A DNA stretch of 64,000 nucleotides from a virus: positions 50,054 to 114,053 of IMG/VR virus record IMGVR_UViG_3300035696_000017, one strand, 5' to 3'. Of the stretch, positions 26,230 to 36,350 are shown one piece after another. Both the position numbers and the translations under genes were made by a program. Numbering within the stretch: position 1 is the stretch's first letter; each line of letters begins with the position of its first letter. Under the pieces are notes generated by a model that did no database searches, had not been told where the DNA came from, and saw nothing but the letters and a program-made list of their open reading frames with translations.

Positions 26230-26666
26230 ATCCCCGGCAAGTGCTCAGGTAGGTGGATGAACTCGAAGCCCGGCAGCGTCGGTTGCTTGCGCAACCTCGG
26301 GGGCAACGTCTCGATCGCCATGAACTGCTGCGGGATGATCCGGTGCGGGACCCTGGCGTTGATCCACTCCTTGAACGCTTGGGGTCCCATCACCCGACGT
26401 TTCCGGGAGATGACGTACACTGCGTCCAAGAGGCTCATGTTCTCGCGGAACCTGTTTCAGTTGTAGTGCGTGGGCGCCTTGTTCTGGTGAGCGTGCTTCG
26501 GGGCCAACGACCGGGGCATCAAGTGTTCGACAGTGATGCTCTCCAGGTTCTCGAACGGGTGGCCGCACAGGATGCACAGGAAGTCCCACTCTCGGAGGAG
26601 CCTGAGCCGCTTCTCGACGTCCCGTTGCTTCATCACCTCGGGAGGGCTGCGGTGCTTCTTTGCCAT
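26226..26666 (-). pseudogene. HNH endonuclease interrupted by an in-frame TGA (pseudogene or recoded)
   Basis: CILCG..TVEHLMPRS..NKAPTHYN[TGA 26457-26459]NRFRENMSLL continues in frame. Confidence 0.7.
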
Positions 26667-26758
26667 GTGGTTCTACCTTACCAGGATAGCCCCAGAAAAT
26701 GCACAACGAGGGCCATCCATTGGACAGCCCTCGCCGGGGAGGTGAACTCGAGAAGGGT

Positions 26759-27331
26759 TCAGTGGGACGGGGCGGGAGCCAGCTGGATCGGGCCCGCCTT
26801 CTTGGTGTCGAAGGCCTTCTGGGTCTCGTCGTTGATGACGATGTCGAAGACGCTCAGGTCCTTCTTCGGAAAGCCGAGGAAGTGGGCGAACTGGCCGTTC
26901 GGCATCGAACCCAGGTAGGTCTCGTAGACCCGCTTCTTGTCGAGCAGCGTCTTCTGGTCGGCCTCGAAGCTGTTGCGGCCCGCCTCGATGACCTGCTGGA
27001 CCCGGATGTACATCTGGGGATCGAGGTTCGGGTTCGCTTCCGTCAGGACCTGGAAGACGGCTTTCGACCCGTCGGCGCCGTAGCGACCCCGCATCGCACC
27101 GTCGTACACCTCCTTGAGCTTGGAGGCATACATGTCGGGGATCTGGATCATCTCCTTGATCTTGTTGAAGTAGTTCGCGTAGTTGTTCTGGTTCTGCTTG
27201 TACTGCGCTTCGAGCCCAGCTTCCTGGGCGACGCAGGTGTTGTTGACGCCGGCGACACAGCTGAAGCAGCCGACGCCGAAGACGAGGCACAGTGCCACGA
27301 GGGCGATGAGAGCCTTGAGAGCGGTTGACAT
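26759..27331 (-). CDS. LemA-like membrane-anchored protein
   Basis: TM helix then coiled coil ([15 protein letters not shown]...[15 protein letters not shown]). Confidence 0.6.
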   Translation of the reverse strand: MSTALKALIALVALCLVFGVGCFSCVAGVNNTCVAQEAGLEAQYKQNQNNYANYFNKIKEMIQIPDMYASKLKEVYDGAMRGRYGADGSKAVFQVLTEANPNLDPQMYIRVQQVIEAGRNSFEADQKTLLDKKRVYETYLGSMPNGQFAHFLGFPKKDLSVFDIVINDETQKAFDTKKAGPIQLAPAPSH

Positions 27332-27370
27332 GGGAAGGTTCTACCTTGTTTGGGTTGGTTGTTCAGTGTC

Positions 27371-28525
27371 TCAGTACGGTCCGCTACCCGACGTACCGTA
27401 CCCGTATCGGTTGCGACGACGCTTGGGAGCATACCCAAAGTCGTCCTCGTCTCCCTCCTCGAAGGGATCCTCAAGTTCGAAGAAGACCGTCAGCCCGATG
27501 CTGACAATGAGGGCGATGATGAGGGTGACGACCCATGCTGTGGTCGACGGGGTCATCTCGCTCTCCAGGTACTGGAAGTCAGCCATGGGCTTGCGGACGA
27601 AGTACTGCGAGACGTTGGTCTTTAGGTCTGCGATGACGGCGTCCTTGGTCAGGACCGGGTCGTTCATGACGTCGTCGCGGAGTTTGACCTTGAAGATCTC
27701 GTTAGTCGTCCAGCACATGACCGTCGCCCACTGGGGCTTCAGGTCGCCGTCAACACCGACCACCAGCACTACATCGTTTTTCTTGCCCCCGATCCACTTC
27801 TGCTCGAGGGCGTAGTACCAGTCCTGTGGCTGGTCTTTGACGAGGACAACGATGATGTTGGCCTGTTTGGGCGCGCCGAGCTCGGCATTGAGCTCTTCCA
27901 ACGCGGCATTCCAACCACGTGGATCGTCTACGCTGATGCCGACGGTGACCAGCCGGTTGAGGTGCCAGTAGTCGTAGATGTTCTGCGGGTTGTTGGGCAG
28001 CGTCGTCGCGTACTTCTCGGTCAAGCCCTGGTGACGGAACAGGGTGCCAGGTGAGGCCTTGACATAGTTCTCGTACGAGTGGGTGACGCTGACAGGCTCG
28101 CCGACACGGGTGGACGTCCAACGCGGGGGCTCCCGCAGGCCCTGGCGATCGATGGTGTCGATGCTGAAGCCACCCACTGTCGACGCCACGTCCCAGTCGA
28201 CGTCGAAGCTGTGTTCGTAGCAGGTGTCGCAGACCTGGCTACACGACCTGTTCTTGCCCGACCCACTGCACTCTTGTCTGCAATTGCAACTGTATGAGTG
28301 CCGGCAGCTGACCACATCACGGGTCTTGCTGGTCACCCGTCCGTTCAGGATCTCGACGTCATGCTTCGCCGAACACGACACGATGCCAGCGCTCGAACCC
28401 GCGATGACGATGTTGGCCAACAGGATGCAACCGGCCTCTTTCCAGTTGACGCCCTTCAGGAAGATGAAGGCTCCCGCTGGCACGACAACGGAGACCGCCA
28501 GCACGATCAGGAAGAATGACATCAT
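27371..28525 (-). CDS. membrane protein with Cys-rich insert and TPM-like domain
   Basis: Terminal TM helices; CRHSYSCNC..C..C..C; WIGGKKNDVVLVVG. Confidence 0.65.
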   Translation of the reverse strand: MMSFFLIVLAVSVVVPAGAFIFLKGVNWKEAGCILLANIVIAGSSAGIVSCSAKHDVEILNGRVTSKTRDVVSCRHSYSCNCRQECSGSGKNRSCSQVCDTCYEHSFDVDWDVASTVGGFSIDTIDRQGLREPPRWTSTRVGEPVSVTHSYENYVKASPGTLFRHQGLTEKYATTLPNNPQNIYDYWHLNRLVTVGISVDDPRGWNAALEELNAELGAPKQANIIVVLVKDQPQDWYYALEQKWIGGKKNDVVLVVGVDGDLKPQWATVMCWTTNEIFKVKLRDDVMNDPVLTKDAVIADLKTNVSQYFVRKPMADFQYLESEMTPSTTAWVVTLIIALIVSIGLTVFFELEDPFEEGDEDDFGYAPKRRRNRYGYGTSGSGPY

Positions 28526-28974
28526 CGGACGATCCCCATCTCCAGGTCGTTCAACACCTGGAAGCCCTCGGTGATTGCTTTCTGGAACTCCTCGAACTCG
28601 TCCATCGTCATCGACATCGCACCAGCCGTGGCGATGTGGACGCACTTGCGGCTCTGTTCGACCGGACGCCTCACTGAGTCGAAGCGATGTTCAGCCAACT
28701 CCTTCCACCGTTTCTCGTTCTCGGGAGTCTGGCGGGTGTTGTAGCCCTTGTACCTGTAACCCTTCAGCGACAGGATGATGACGGTCGAGTCACGCCGGAT
28801 CTCGACCTGTGGAAAGCCCAGGGTCGCGCCGACCAGCTTGGCCTTCCATCGCAGGTTGTCATCGCGGCTCATGTTGGACATGAACGTCCCTGGGGGCGCT
28901 CCGTCTGCTTGGTTGCCGGCCCATTCCTCCTTCGAAAGGACGGGCTCGGGCTTGTCCCACATCAGGACTGTCAT
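28522..28974 (-). CDS. hypothetical protein
   Basis: Class I promoter upstream. Confidence 0.65.
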   Translation of the reverse strand: MTVLMWDKPEPVLSKEEWAGNQADGAPPGTFMSNMSRDDNLRWKAKLVGATLGFPQVEIRRDSTVIILSLKGYRYKGYNTRQTPENEKRWKELAEHRFDSVRRPVEQSRKCVHIATAGAMSMTMDEFEEFQKAITEGFQVLNDLEMGIVR

Positions 28975-29006
28975 GCTCCCAGTCTACCACTGGGTGGGGT
29001 GGGTAT

Positions 29007-30005
29007 TCACACCAGCTTGTTCAGGCGCTCGACGGCCAACGAGAGCAGCGAGTTGTCGATGGCGAGGTTGATTCGTGCTCGAGTCGAGTCACCGAAAGCG
29101 CTCCCGGGCGGGATGCGAACCTGGGCAAGTTCCGGGTTGAACTTGGGTCCGGGCTTGAACCAACCGAAGATGCCGTGCTCCGGCATGTCGCTGGTGTCCA
29201 GCACCTCGGGTGACAGCGTCTGCACCAATCGCTTGTTCTTGTTGAGCAACTCCCGTGCCATGATGTGGAAGGTGTCAGCCTCACTGGGATGGAGCCGTTC
29301 GTGCTCGACGATGTTGTAGAGGATCTGTTGTGACAGCAGAGAGACTCCCACCGTAGATGCTTCAACGTAGTCGCTCGCCAGCTTTGCGATGCGTTCGTCA
29401 TCGGTGACAACCCAACCCACCCGGAGCCCGCTGAGCCCGTACATCTTGCTGGCGCTGTAGACGGTGGTTCCCGCTAGGGACCTGTCATCGTCAACGTAGA
29501 CCGGCGTGTGGTATGCAGCATCGTGGACCAGGAACGTCTTGAGCTTGTCACACTTCTTCTGGAGTTCGTGAGCTTCGTCGACCGACGTGATGTGACCGTC
29601 CGGGTTGTTGGGGGAGACGACCAAGTACGATGTTCCCCACGTTGGTTCGTTGCTCAGGTGTAGGCCCAGCCCGCCCAAGCGGATCGCTTCGGGCATTTGT
29701 GACCAATAGGGCGACCGCATCGCCAGGTGGGTCTGGCCCAGCTTCCGCAACGCGTAGAAGACCGCTAGCAGCCCCTGCTTTGCCCCAGAAGTGATCACTA
29801 CGTGGTCGCCGTACCGTTCTTCCAACGCTTGAACGAGGGGCATGTAGCCCTCAGGCGCCTGGTAGTCACAACCATCGGCGACACCCTCGAGGTTGAACAA
29901 CGAGGGACCGTAGGCAACCTGCATCGCATGGCGGACCACGTGAGCCTCGCCGACTGCGAGGTCGATCCAACCGGGAGGGAGGTGCTTCCTGACGAGCGGG
30001 TCCAC
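29007..30005 (-). CDS. PLP-dependent aminotransferase class I/II
   Basis: ITSGAKQGL, SPNNPDG, HDAAY, SASKMYGLSGLRVGW. Confidence 0.9.
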   Translation of the reverse strand: MDPLVRKHLPPGWIDLAVGEAHVVRHAMQVAYGPSLFNLEGVADGCDYQAPEGYMPLVQALEERYGDHVVITSGAKQGLLAVFYALRKLGQTHLAMRSPYWSQMPEAIRLGGLGLHLSNEPTWGTSYLVVSPNNPDGHITSVDEAHELQKKCDKLKTFLVHDAAYHTPVYVDDDRSLAGTTVYSASKMYGLSGLRVGWVVTDDERIAKLASDYVEASTVGVSLLSQQILYNIVEHERLHPSEADTFHIMARELLNKNKRLVQTLSPEVLDTSDMPEHGIFGWFKPGPKFNPELAQVRIPPGSAFGDSTRARINLAIDNSLLSLAVERLNKLV

Positions 30006-30014
30006 AGATCAGAT

Positions 30015-31325
30015 CTACTCTGCTGTGCCCTCTTCGAACAAGCGAACGTACCGCAGTGCGACCTTGGCCCAGGTGTTGTCGTTGAGGTAGGCAAGCTGCT
30101 TGTCGACCTGCGCTTTCCTCGCGACTGGGTTCGAGAACATCTGGTCGAGCGCGTCGGCGATCTCTTCGACATTGTCACCCTTCAACGTCGGTACGTCGCT
30201 GAAGTGGTTGACGTTGGTGGTGATGACGGGTGCCATCTTGGACATCGCCAGACGGGCAGCACCTGACACTCCAAAGACTTCGTGTGATGGGTGTGACACA
30301 TACGGGAACAGGATGGCCTGGTTCGTCCGCATGTATGAATCCAACGCGACATCCGACTGGTAGCCTCGGATCAACGCCACGTTGGAGTGGAGGTCGAGGT
30401 CATCAACGAGCTGGCTCAGTTCGTCGAAGTAGACCTGGTGATCGACGCGGTTGTAGGGCGATTCGCTGAAGAGCCCGGTGAAGAACACGTCGGGGTACTT
30501 CTTGCGTAGCAGGTCAGCGGCACGGATCGCCAGCTCCCAGCCCTTGTAGCGGAAGCCGAAGCCAAACTGCATGAAAGTGTGATCGCTCTTGTAGAAGTTC
30601 CACAGCCTGTTGGTGCTCTCGACCGGAGCGCAGCCGTGCGGGATGACCCAGACCTTGCCGGGCACTCCCTTCTCTTCCTTGAGGACCTGCCTCGCTCCCT
30701 CCAGGTGGACGACGATCTCCGGCATTGCCGCCTCAACGATCGTCTTGTCCTTGTGGTGGAAGACCGAGTGCATCGTCACGATGACGCGGTAGTTGCTGAG
30801 CTGGCCCATCAGCCCGAGCCAGTAACCGGCGTTGGGCCAGATGCCGAACTCGTGTTGGATCCACACGATGTCTGGATCATACTCGCGGATCGCCTTTCCC
30901 AGCTCGGCCAGGGGTTCTCCACGACGCCAGCAGGCGATGACGCGGTCAGGCGGGATGGCTGTCTCACCGATGACGTTGCTGGGGCCCGTCGGAGCGTCGT
31001 TCTTCTCGATGAAGAGCCGGAAGTCCCCGACGTGCTTGGCAACCTCAGGCCACAGGTTCTCGCTGTAGGTAGCGATGCCACACTGCATCTTCCAGTTGCC
31101 GACGAAGGCCACTTTCAGGCTCTTGGCGGGACCCTTCCTCACACGGGTACGTGGTCGAAGCTTGCCGCCGTTGACCCGGAAGTTCAGCATCAGCTCCTGT
31201 GGCGTCAGGTGCTGGTGTTCTTCTGGGACCTCAACGATGACTCTGTCAGCATCCTCATGAAGGATGGGCGAGCTGGAGACGAGGTGGATCGTTCCGCGCT
31301 TGGCGATGACGTACTTGCTCTTCAC
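30015..31325 (-). CDS. glycosyltransferase family 4 (GT-B)
   Basis: CGIATYS, IQHEFG, TMHSV, VIPHG, FGFGFRYKG.E, FPY...SGAARLAM. Confidence 0.85.
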   Translation of the reverse strand: MKSKYVIAKRGTIHLVSSSPILHEDADRVIVEVPEEHQHLTPQELMLNFRVNGGKLRPRTRVRKGPAKSLKVAFVGNWKMQCGIATYSENLWPEVAKHVGDFRLFIEKNDAPTGPSNVIGETAIPPDRVIACWRRGEPLAELGKAIREYDPDIVWIQHEFGIWPNAGYWLGLMGQLSNYRVIVTMHSVFHHKDKTIVEAAMPEIVVHLEGARQVLKEEKGVPGKVWVIPHGCAPVESTNRLWNFYKSDHTFMQFGFGFRYKGWELAIRAADLLRKKYPDVFFTGLFSESPYNRVDHQVYFDELSQLVDDLDLHSNVALIRGYQSDVALDSYMRTNQAILFPYVSHPSHEVFGVSGAARLAMSKMAPVITTNVNHFSDVPTLKGDNVEEIADALDQMFSNPVARKAQVDKQLAYLNDNTWAKVALRYVRLFEEGTAE

Positions 31326-32284
31326 TCCCGTTCCTTAATCACCGCCGCAATGCGGCCGATGACGTCATCGTACACTGCCCGGGGCGGGTGATAAGGATCG
31401 ATCCGCATCGCCAACGCTTGCTCGACGCAGTCCCACACCGGGTCCTTCTGAACGCTGTAGTATGAAGTATCGGGCCCGCGATGCGGGTGTGAGAGTTTGA
31501 GCTTGTTGTGGTGGCTGATGCTAACGTATGGGACGCCGGCCATCTCAGCAAGGATGATGCCGTGGTAACGTTGCGTGATGACAACCCGGTAGTGCCTCAT
31601 CAACCTCGTTGCCCACAACGGGTCCTTGCTGCAGGTGTAGACGTGGTAGTTGTCCCGTCGTGACATCCGGCCCATCAGCTCAGCAGCACACCAGGCATCG
31701 TCCTTGTGCGGGTTCTTGCACATCGACAGGAACGCGAGGGGGTGCTTGCGCTCGACCGCACGGTCCAGGACTTGAGCAAACTCGTTCTTGAAGTGTTCCC
31801 ATCCCGCATGCTTCCAGTGCGGGTCAACATGGGTCGGCAACACCTCACAGTTCGGGATGACCAGGACACCCTTGGGCTCATGGGCGGGGAGACCGTAGTG
31901 CTGGTCGAGGGCCAGCGCATCGAACCAGTATGCCAGGTCAGGAGTGTCGAGCTCCCGGAAGGCAACGACGGGAGATGCGTTGATCAGACGTTGGTGGATC
32001 GGGCTGATCTCTGTCTCTCCCCCCACCCCGACGTAGAAGACAGGCACACGTAGAGCCGCCAACGTCTCAACCGCGGTGTGACTGACGTCGGGATCGTCGG
32101 TCAGGATGCTGCCGCCGCCGAAGACAACGCCCGCTGCACCTTCAAGGACGCCATCGTCGATCTTGTCGACGAACTTGGGTTCCAAGCCGTGAGCGACCAG
32201 CATCTCGCTGAGCGCCAGCTTCATCAGCTCGTCGCCAGCGTTCCCGCGCCCGTACCAGCCGTAGACGAGGACGGGACCAGCCAT
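31322..32284 (-). CDS. polysaccharide pyruvyl-transferase family protein
   Basis: GWYGRGNAGDE, FGGGS, GVG, PDLAY, RYHGIILA. Confidence 0.85.
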   Translation of the reverse strand: MAGPVLVYGWYGRGNAGDELMKLALSEMLVAHGLEPKFVDKIDDGVLEGAAGVVFGGGSILTDDPDVSHTAVETLAALRVPVFYVGVGGETEISPIHQRLINASPVVAFRELDTPDLAYWFDALALDQHYGLPAHEPKGVLVIPNCEVLPTHVDPHWKHAGWEHFKNEFAQVLDRAVERKHPLAFLSMCKNPHKDDAWCAAELMGRMSRRDNYHVYTCSKDPLWATRLMRHYRVVITQRYHGIILAEMAGVPYVSISHHNKLKLSHPHRGPDTSYYSVQKDPVWDCVEQALAMRIDPYHPPRAVYDDVIGRIAAVIKERE

Positions 32285-32288
32285 GAGC

Positions 32289-32636
32289 TCAATCCACTTC
32301 GAAGATCTTCCAGATGATGGTGCGTGCCGTGTTGACGCGCCAGGTGATCCTGAGAAACAGCTGGCGACGAAGCTCTACAGCTTCCCACTTCAGCTCATCG
32401 GGAGCCGCGCCAGCACAGGGCGGGGGCGGGGGCTCCGTGGGGTCGAACTCGACCAGCACTGCGTCTTCAGAACCGATCAGCAAAGCGCGTGAACGCTTCA
32501 GCGGCTCGTCAAGGGTGACGTGGCCTTTGCCGGTGACCAGCATCGAACCTTCATTGACCACCTTGAGAGTGGGCTTTGGGTAGTGGACGTTGATGGGAGG
32601 CGGCGGGGGATTGGGCCTGCGGGGTCCTCGGGGCAT
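32289..32636 (-). CDS. hypothetical protein, tandem paralog A
   Basis: Shares V.FDP..P.PPPCAG..PDE..WE and WRV...RTIIW.I with the next gene. Confidence 0.7.
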   Translation of the reverse strand: MPRGPRRPNPPPPPINVHYPKPTLKVVNEGSMLVTGKGHVTLDEPLKRSRALLIGSEDAVLVEFDPTEPPPPPCAGAAPDELKWEAVELRRQLFLRITWRVNTARTIIWKIFEVD

Positions 32637-32637
32637 T

Positions 32638-32991
32638 TCACAGCCTCACATTCGCGGGCCCATCTGACGGCTCCTCTTGGAGGATCTGCCAGATGATGGT
32701 CCGTGATGACTGGACCCGCCACAAGATCTTGAGCTTCAGGACATCACGCTTGTTCTTCTTGAAGCCAAACATGCCCACATCGTGGACGTGTTGATAGAAC
32801 AGCTCCCAGTCAACCTCATCAGGCAGGCCACCCGCGCAAGGAGGCGGAGCGGGCTGTGAGGGGTCGAACTGGACGACGATGTAGGCTTCTGGGTTCTCCA
32901 GGAGAGCCTTGTTCTGGGGAAGAGTCTCGTCAATGACGACTTCATCCTCCCCAGTGACCTGGAGGGTGCCTGATGCATAGACGCTTGTCAT
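32638..32991 (-). CDS. hypothetical protein, tandem paralog B
   Basis: Paralog of 32289..32636; GTAGTTA motif upstream. Confidence 0.7.
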   Translation of the reverse strand: MTSVYASGTLQVTGEDEVVIDETLPQNKALLENPEAYIVVQFDPSQPAPPPCAGGLPDEVDWELFYQHVHDVGMFGFKKNKRDVLKLKILWRVQSSRTIIWQILQEEPSDGPANVRL

Positions 32992-33081
32992 GTTCTTCTT
33001 CCCTGAGGTCCCGAGCGTAGAGCACGGAAACCATGCTCGTTAACTACCCTACTCGGGGAACGAAGAACAGTTACAACGGCG

Positions 33082-33459
33082 TTACGGACGGTGGGTCTTG
33101 CGTTTCTGGGTGAAGCCCGGGACCCTGATCTTGTCCAGCCGCGCCGCCAGTGCCTCGACGTAGCTGACGATCGTTGCGACGTGGATCCGCTGGTCGGGGG
33201 TCAGCTCGTCGTTGGGAGCCCCGAGAGCCTTCGATGCTTCGTCGATGAAGATGGTCAGACCCACCTTGGCATCGCCCAACCGTTCCAGCGGTGTCACCGG
33301 CTGTTCATCAGCACCCATGAAGAACTGGGTGGTGTACGTGCCAGTGTCCATCTCCTTCGAAGCGGGCACGCTGATGCCGGGCCGGTTGCCCGGGACGGGC
33401 ATGCTCAGGAGGTCGTCAACTGCCTTGAAACTGTCGTCGAGGCCTGTGTCAGTGTCCAT
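33082..33459 (-). CDS. hypothetical protein
   Basis: Class I promoter upstream of ATG 33459. Confidence 0.6.
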   Translation of the reverse strand: MDTDTGLDDSFKAVDDLLSMPVPGNRPGISVPASKEMDTGTYTTQFFMGADEQPVTPLERLGDAKVGLTIFIDEASKALGAPNDELTPDQRIHVATIVSYVEALAARLDKIRVPGFTQKRKTHRP

Positions 33460-33499
33460 GGTCCCAGTGTACCACGGGCGGTTGAACACTTGCACCAGG

Positions 33500-33841
33500 T
33501 CAATTGATGATTTCGCCCATGAGCTCTTCGAGCTCGATGGTGATGTCTTGGAACTCGACCATGCAGTTGAAGATGTCACGGCAGCACAGCAGCTCGTATG
33601 TGATGTCGTTTTGCTTCCGTGCGAACAACATATCGTCGATGTGGTCCAACACTTCGACCATCCGCTCAGGGGGCAGCGCTCTCGGGTTGAAATGCGACAG
33701 CATGTCATCGATGAGGCGCCGAGCTGCTGTCACCCTGACTTCGGGCGAGACGAATGCACGGTTGCGAGCAACGGTCGTGATGTCATCAACACCGTCTCCA
33801 TCGTCGATGTAGTGGACAACCAGCAGGTAGACCGTCGCCAT
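33500..33841 (-). CDS. hypothetical protein
   Basis: ORF track. Confidence 0.6.
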   Translation of the reverse strand: MATVYLLVVHYIDDGDGVDDITTVARNRAFVSPEVRVTAARRLIDDMLSHFNPRALPPERMVEVLDHIDDMLFARKQNDITYELLCCRDIFNCMVEFQDITIELEELMGEIIN

Positions 33842-33875
33842 GGTGTGTGCATCCTACCCCACGTGTGGGGGCTGT

Positions 33876-34619
33876 TCAGCGTGTCAGCTCTTCCCATCGG
33901 GCTTCAAGGAATCGCGCGTACGGCAGGCCCGCGAGCCCGTACGACCCGAGCGCGTAGCCCTCGTTGGCCTCGACCAGCAACGTCTGGTGGGTGCCATCTT
34001 CGTTCTCGACGACGCCCAAGTCGATCGAGTATGCCGCGGGCATCTTGCCCTTGCAACACTTGATCGCCTTGTTATAGACCGACTTGTCGAGCGAGATGAA
34101 GCTGTCGCCCCGGTAGTGTTTGACCCCGATGGGCTGGTCGTGCTTGATGAAGCACCTGTACTCGCTGACGAAGTTGACCTCGTCGCTGATGATGCAGGGA
34201 GTGTCGTCCGGGTAGGGGGCGACGGCCAGGCGTGACCGCGGGTCGAGTGGGTCAAAGACGAAGCCACCGAACAGCTTCTGCTTCACCGGCTTGACGAACT
34301 TGCGGGTGATGAGACCCCTGACCTGCTCGAGCGTGACGTAGTCGAACTGCCGGCCCATCAGCCACATCAGGTGCTCGGGGTAGTCGAGCGGGGGTGGGAT
34401 GGGTTTGCCGAGCAACGTCAACGTCTCCCAGACGTCGCCGATGTTGCCGCAGACGATCGTCGATGGCCCAAGGTCGGGCATGTTCTGGAGCGTGAGGTCG
34501 CCGAAGCCGTAGAAGGGCACCACCGGGATGCCCTGGATGTGGAAGCCCTCGGCTGCAGCGTAGGTGTTGGCGTTGTCCGGGATGTTCTCTCGGAACCTGA
34601 CGTATGCCTTGTCCAACAT
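33876..34619 (-). CDS. ATP-grasp protein (DUF4343/R2K-like)
   Basis: FVKP..QKLF.G, SEYRCFI, Y.IDLGV, LVEANEGYALGSYG. Confidence 0.8.
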   Translation of the reverse strand: MLDKAYVRFRENIPDNANTYAAAEGFHIQGIPVVPFYGFGDLTLQNMPDLGPSTIVCGNIGDVWETLTLLGKPIPPPLDYPEHLMWLMGRQFDYVTLEQVRGLITRKFVKPVKQKLFGGFVFDPLDPRSRLAVAPYPDDTPCIISDEVNFVSEYRCFIKHDQPIGVKHYRGDSFISLDKSVYNKAIKCCKGKMPAAYSIDLGVVENEDGTHQTLLVEANEGYALGSYGLAGLPYARFLEARWEELTR

Positions 34620-34948
34620 CAGTCGAACTCCCTCAACAACAGCTTCAGCCCATCAACTGCAGTGTCGATGCGTTCCTGGTGCTCCTGGACGTGCTGCTCC
34701 AGGCACCGGGTCAGGTGTGTCTCCATCTCCCGGTACAGGCGCTCGGGGTCGTTGCCAACGAGCACCGGCTCCTCGTGGGCGTAGTGACGCCCGAACTCCC
34801 AGCACGCCAGAGCGTACTGGGCGCCGTAGTGGTTGTCCTCGGGCAGCGGCCAGAAGTGGACCTGCGGCTCGATGCCGAGGACCCGGTGCAGGCGCACCAG
34901 GCGGTCATGGAGGACCTCACAGATCGGGCTCAGCTTCGGGACGGGCAT
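34619..34948 (-). CDS. hypothetical protein
   Basis: Operon packing. Confidence 0.55.
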   Translation of the reverse strand: MPVPKLSPICEVLHDRLVRLHRVLGIEPQVHFWPLPEDNHYGAQYALACWEFGRHYAHEEPVLVGNDPERLYREMETHLTRCLEQHVQEHQERIDTAVDGLKLLLREFD

Positions 34949-35861
34949 CTGAAAACTCCTCGACCAACATCAGGCCGTGTTCGACGTAGTACTCCACCGG
35001 CTTGCCGACGTCCAGGACGCCCGCACGCATCATCGCCTCGAGCTCGTCACGCACCGCGTTGCACCACTTGCCTGGCCGGGTGGCGACCTTCGACATGATG
35101 ATGCCCATGGTGCCCTTCGGCAGCTTGGGCGCGTTGTCCTCCTCGTAGACCAGCTTGACGCGGGCCTCAAGCTCTGCAGCACGGGCCAGGGCACGTGCAC
35201 GCTTGTCCGGACGCTTCGTGGTGAGGTCGGCGCGGGACAGTGCCATCAGGCGCTCGAAGTTGCGCAGGTCCCCAATGTCGACCAGCAGACGCCGGACCCC
35301 CGAGTCACCCCAGGACTTCTTGTACGCAGCGGGCCGTAGGTGGTTCAGCACCAGCGCGCGGACCGTCGTGAACAGGCTGTGGTCGGTCTTGAACAGGTCC
35401 AGCCGGTGCTCGATGGTGTCCAGCATCCGGGCCCCCACCACATCGTGCTGGTGGAAGGTGACGATGCCATTGATGAACTTCCGGGTCCGCGCCTTGCCGA
35501 TGTCGTGCATCAGCGCGCCCCAACGCAGCTCCAGCTGCGTGGGAACACCCGCGACGACCTGCTTGGTGTGATCCCAGACGTCCTTGTGGAGAGCCGCACG
35601 CGGGTCCTCGCCCAAGCCACGCATCTCGCGGATCTCGGGCAGCAACGCCTCGAGGCAGCCCGTCCTCATCAGGAGCTCGAGCCCGTCAGCCGGGTGGGAC
35701 CCACACAGGATCGCGTCGAGCAGAGCCCTGACCTGCGCCGGGTTGCGACGCCACAGGTCCTCGAACTCTCCCGCGGTGAAGATGCGGGGGACGACAAGGT
35801 CGTCAGGGGCCCCTTGTTCGGAACCCCTGACGCACAGTTGAAGCAGCTCGATCGGGTCCAT
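34917..35861 (-). CDS. HD-domain protein resembling the C-terminal half of CCA-adding enzyme (no nucleotidyltransferase head)
   Basis: GLELLMRTG.LEALLPEI, HKDVWDHT, LRWGALMHDIGK, FHQHDVVGA, NHLR, DSGVRR, LSRAD. Confidence 0.85.
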   Translation of the reverse strand: MDPIELLQLCVRGSEQGAPDDLVVPRIFTAGEFEDLWRRNPAQVRALLDAILCGSHPADGLELLMRTGCLEALLPEIREMRGLGEDPRAALHKDVWDHTKQVVAGVPTQLELRWGALMHDIGKARTRKFINGIVTFHQHDVVGARMLDTIEHRLDLFKTDHSLFTTVRALVLNHLRPAAYKKSWGDSGVRRLLVDIGDLRNFERLMALSRADLTTKRPDKRARALARAAELEARVKLVYEEDNAPKLPKGTMGIIMSKVATRPGKWCNAVRDELEAMMRAGVLDVGKPVEYYVEHGLMLVEEFSDARPEAEPDL

Positions 35862-35900
35862 TCGGACCCTATCGTACCACAATCACCTGTGGCTTTTCAC

Positions 35901-36350
35901 TCACGAGGCTGCAACGAAAACCCAGATTTGTGCAGTGGGATTGTTGATGGGAAAAGCGTACATACCCTGGACTGCTTGACTCGGGTAGTCTCCATCGACA
36001 TCAATCGGACAGGTGTACAAGAAGCGACCAACCAACGGTGTAACGGGAGGACTTCCACCCGAACCCGACAATTGACCCGCAACCACCAGCTGACCATTCT
36101 GCGACGGAGTCCCGCCTCCGGGCTTGGGGCTGCTAGCGACGACGATGGCTTGATCGTAGACCTCCATGTAGACGGCGGTGACTTGATCACCAGTACCTCC
36201 GTCTAGTGGGATCGATGACAAGCCAGAATCAGGTGTTACTTCATAAGTGAAGACCGATGTGTAGTAGACGTTGTCCAGAAAATTCACCACGTTCAGCGGC
36301 GCACCTGACGGTTGCCAGGACAGACTTCCACTCAATGCAACTTGATCCAT
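35901..36350 (-). CDS. hypothetical beta-rich protein
   Basis: GAGGT SD; lower GC. Confidence 0.55.
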   Translation of the reverse strand: MDQVALSGSLSWQPSGAPLNVVNFLDNVYYTSVFTYEVTPDSGLSSIPLDGGTGDQVTAVYMEVYDQAIVVASSPKPGGGTPSQNGQLVVAGQLSGSGGSPPVTPLVGRFLYTCPIDVDGDYPSQAVQGMYAFPINNPTAQIWVFVAAS

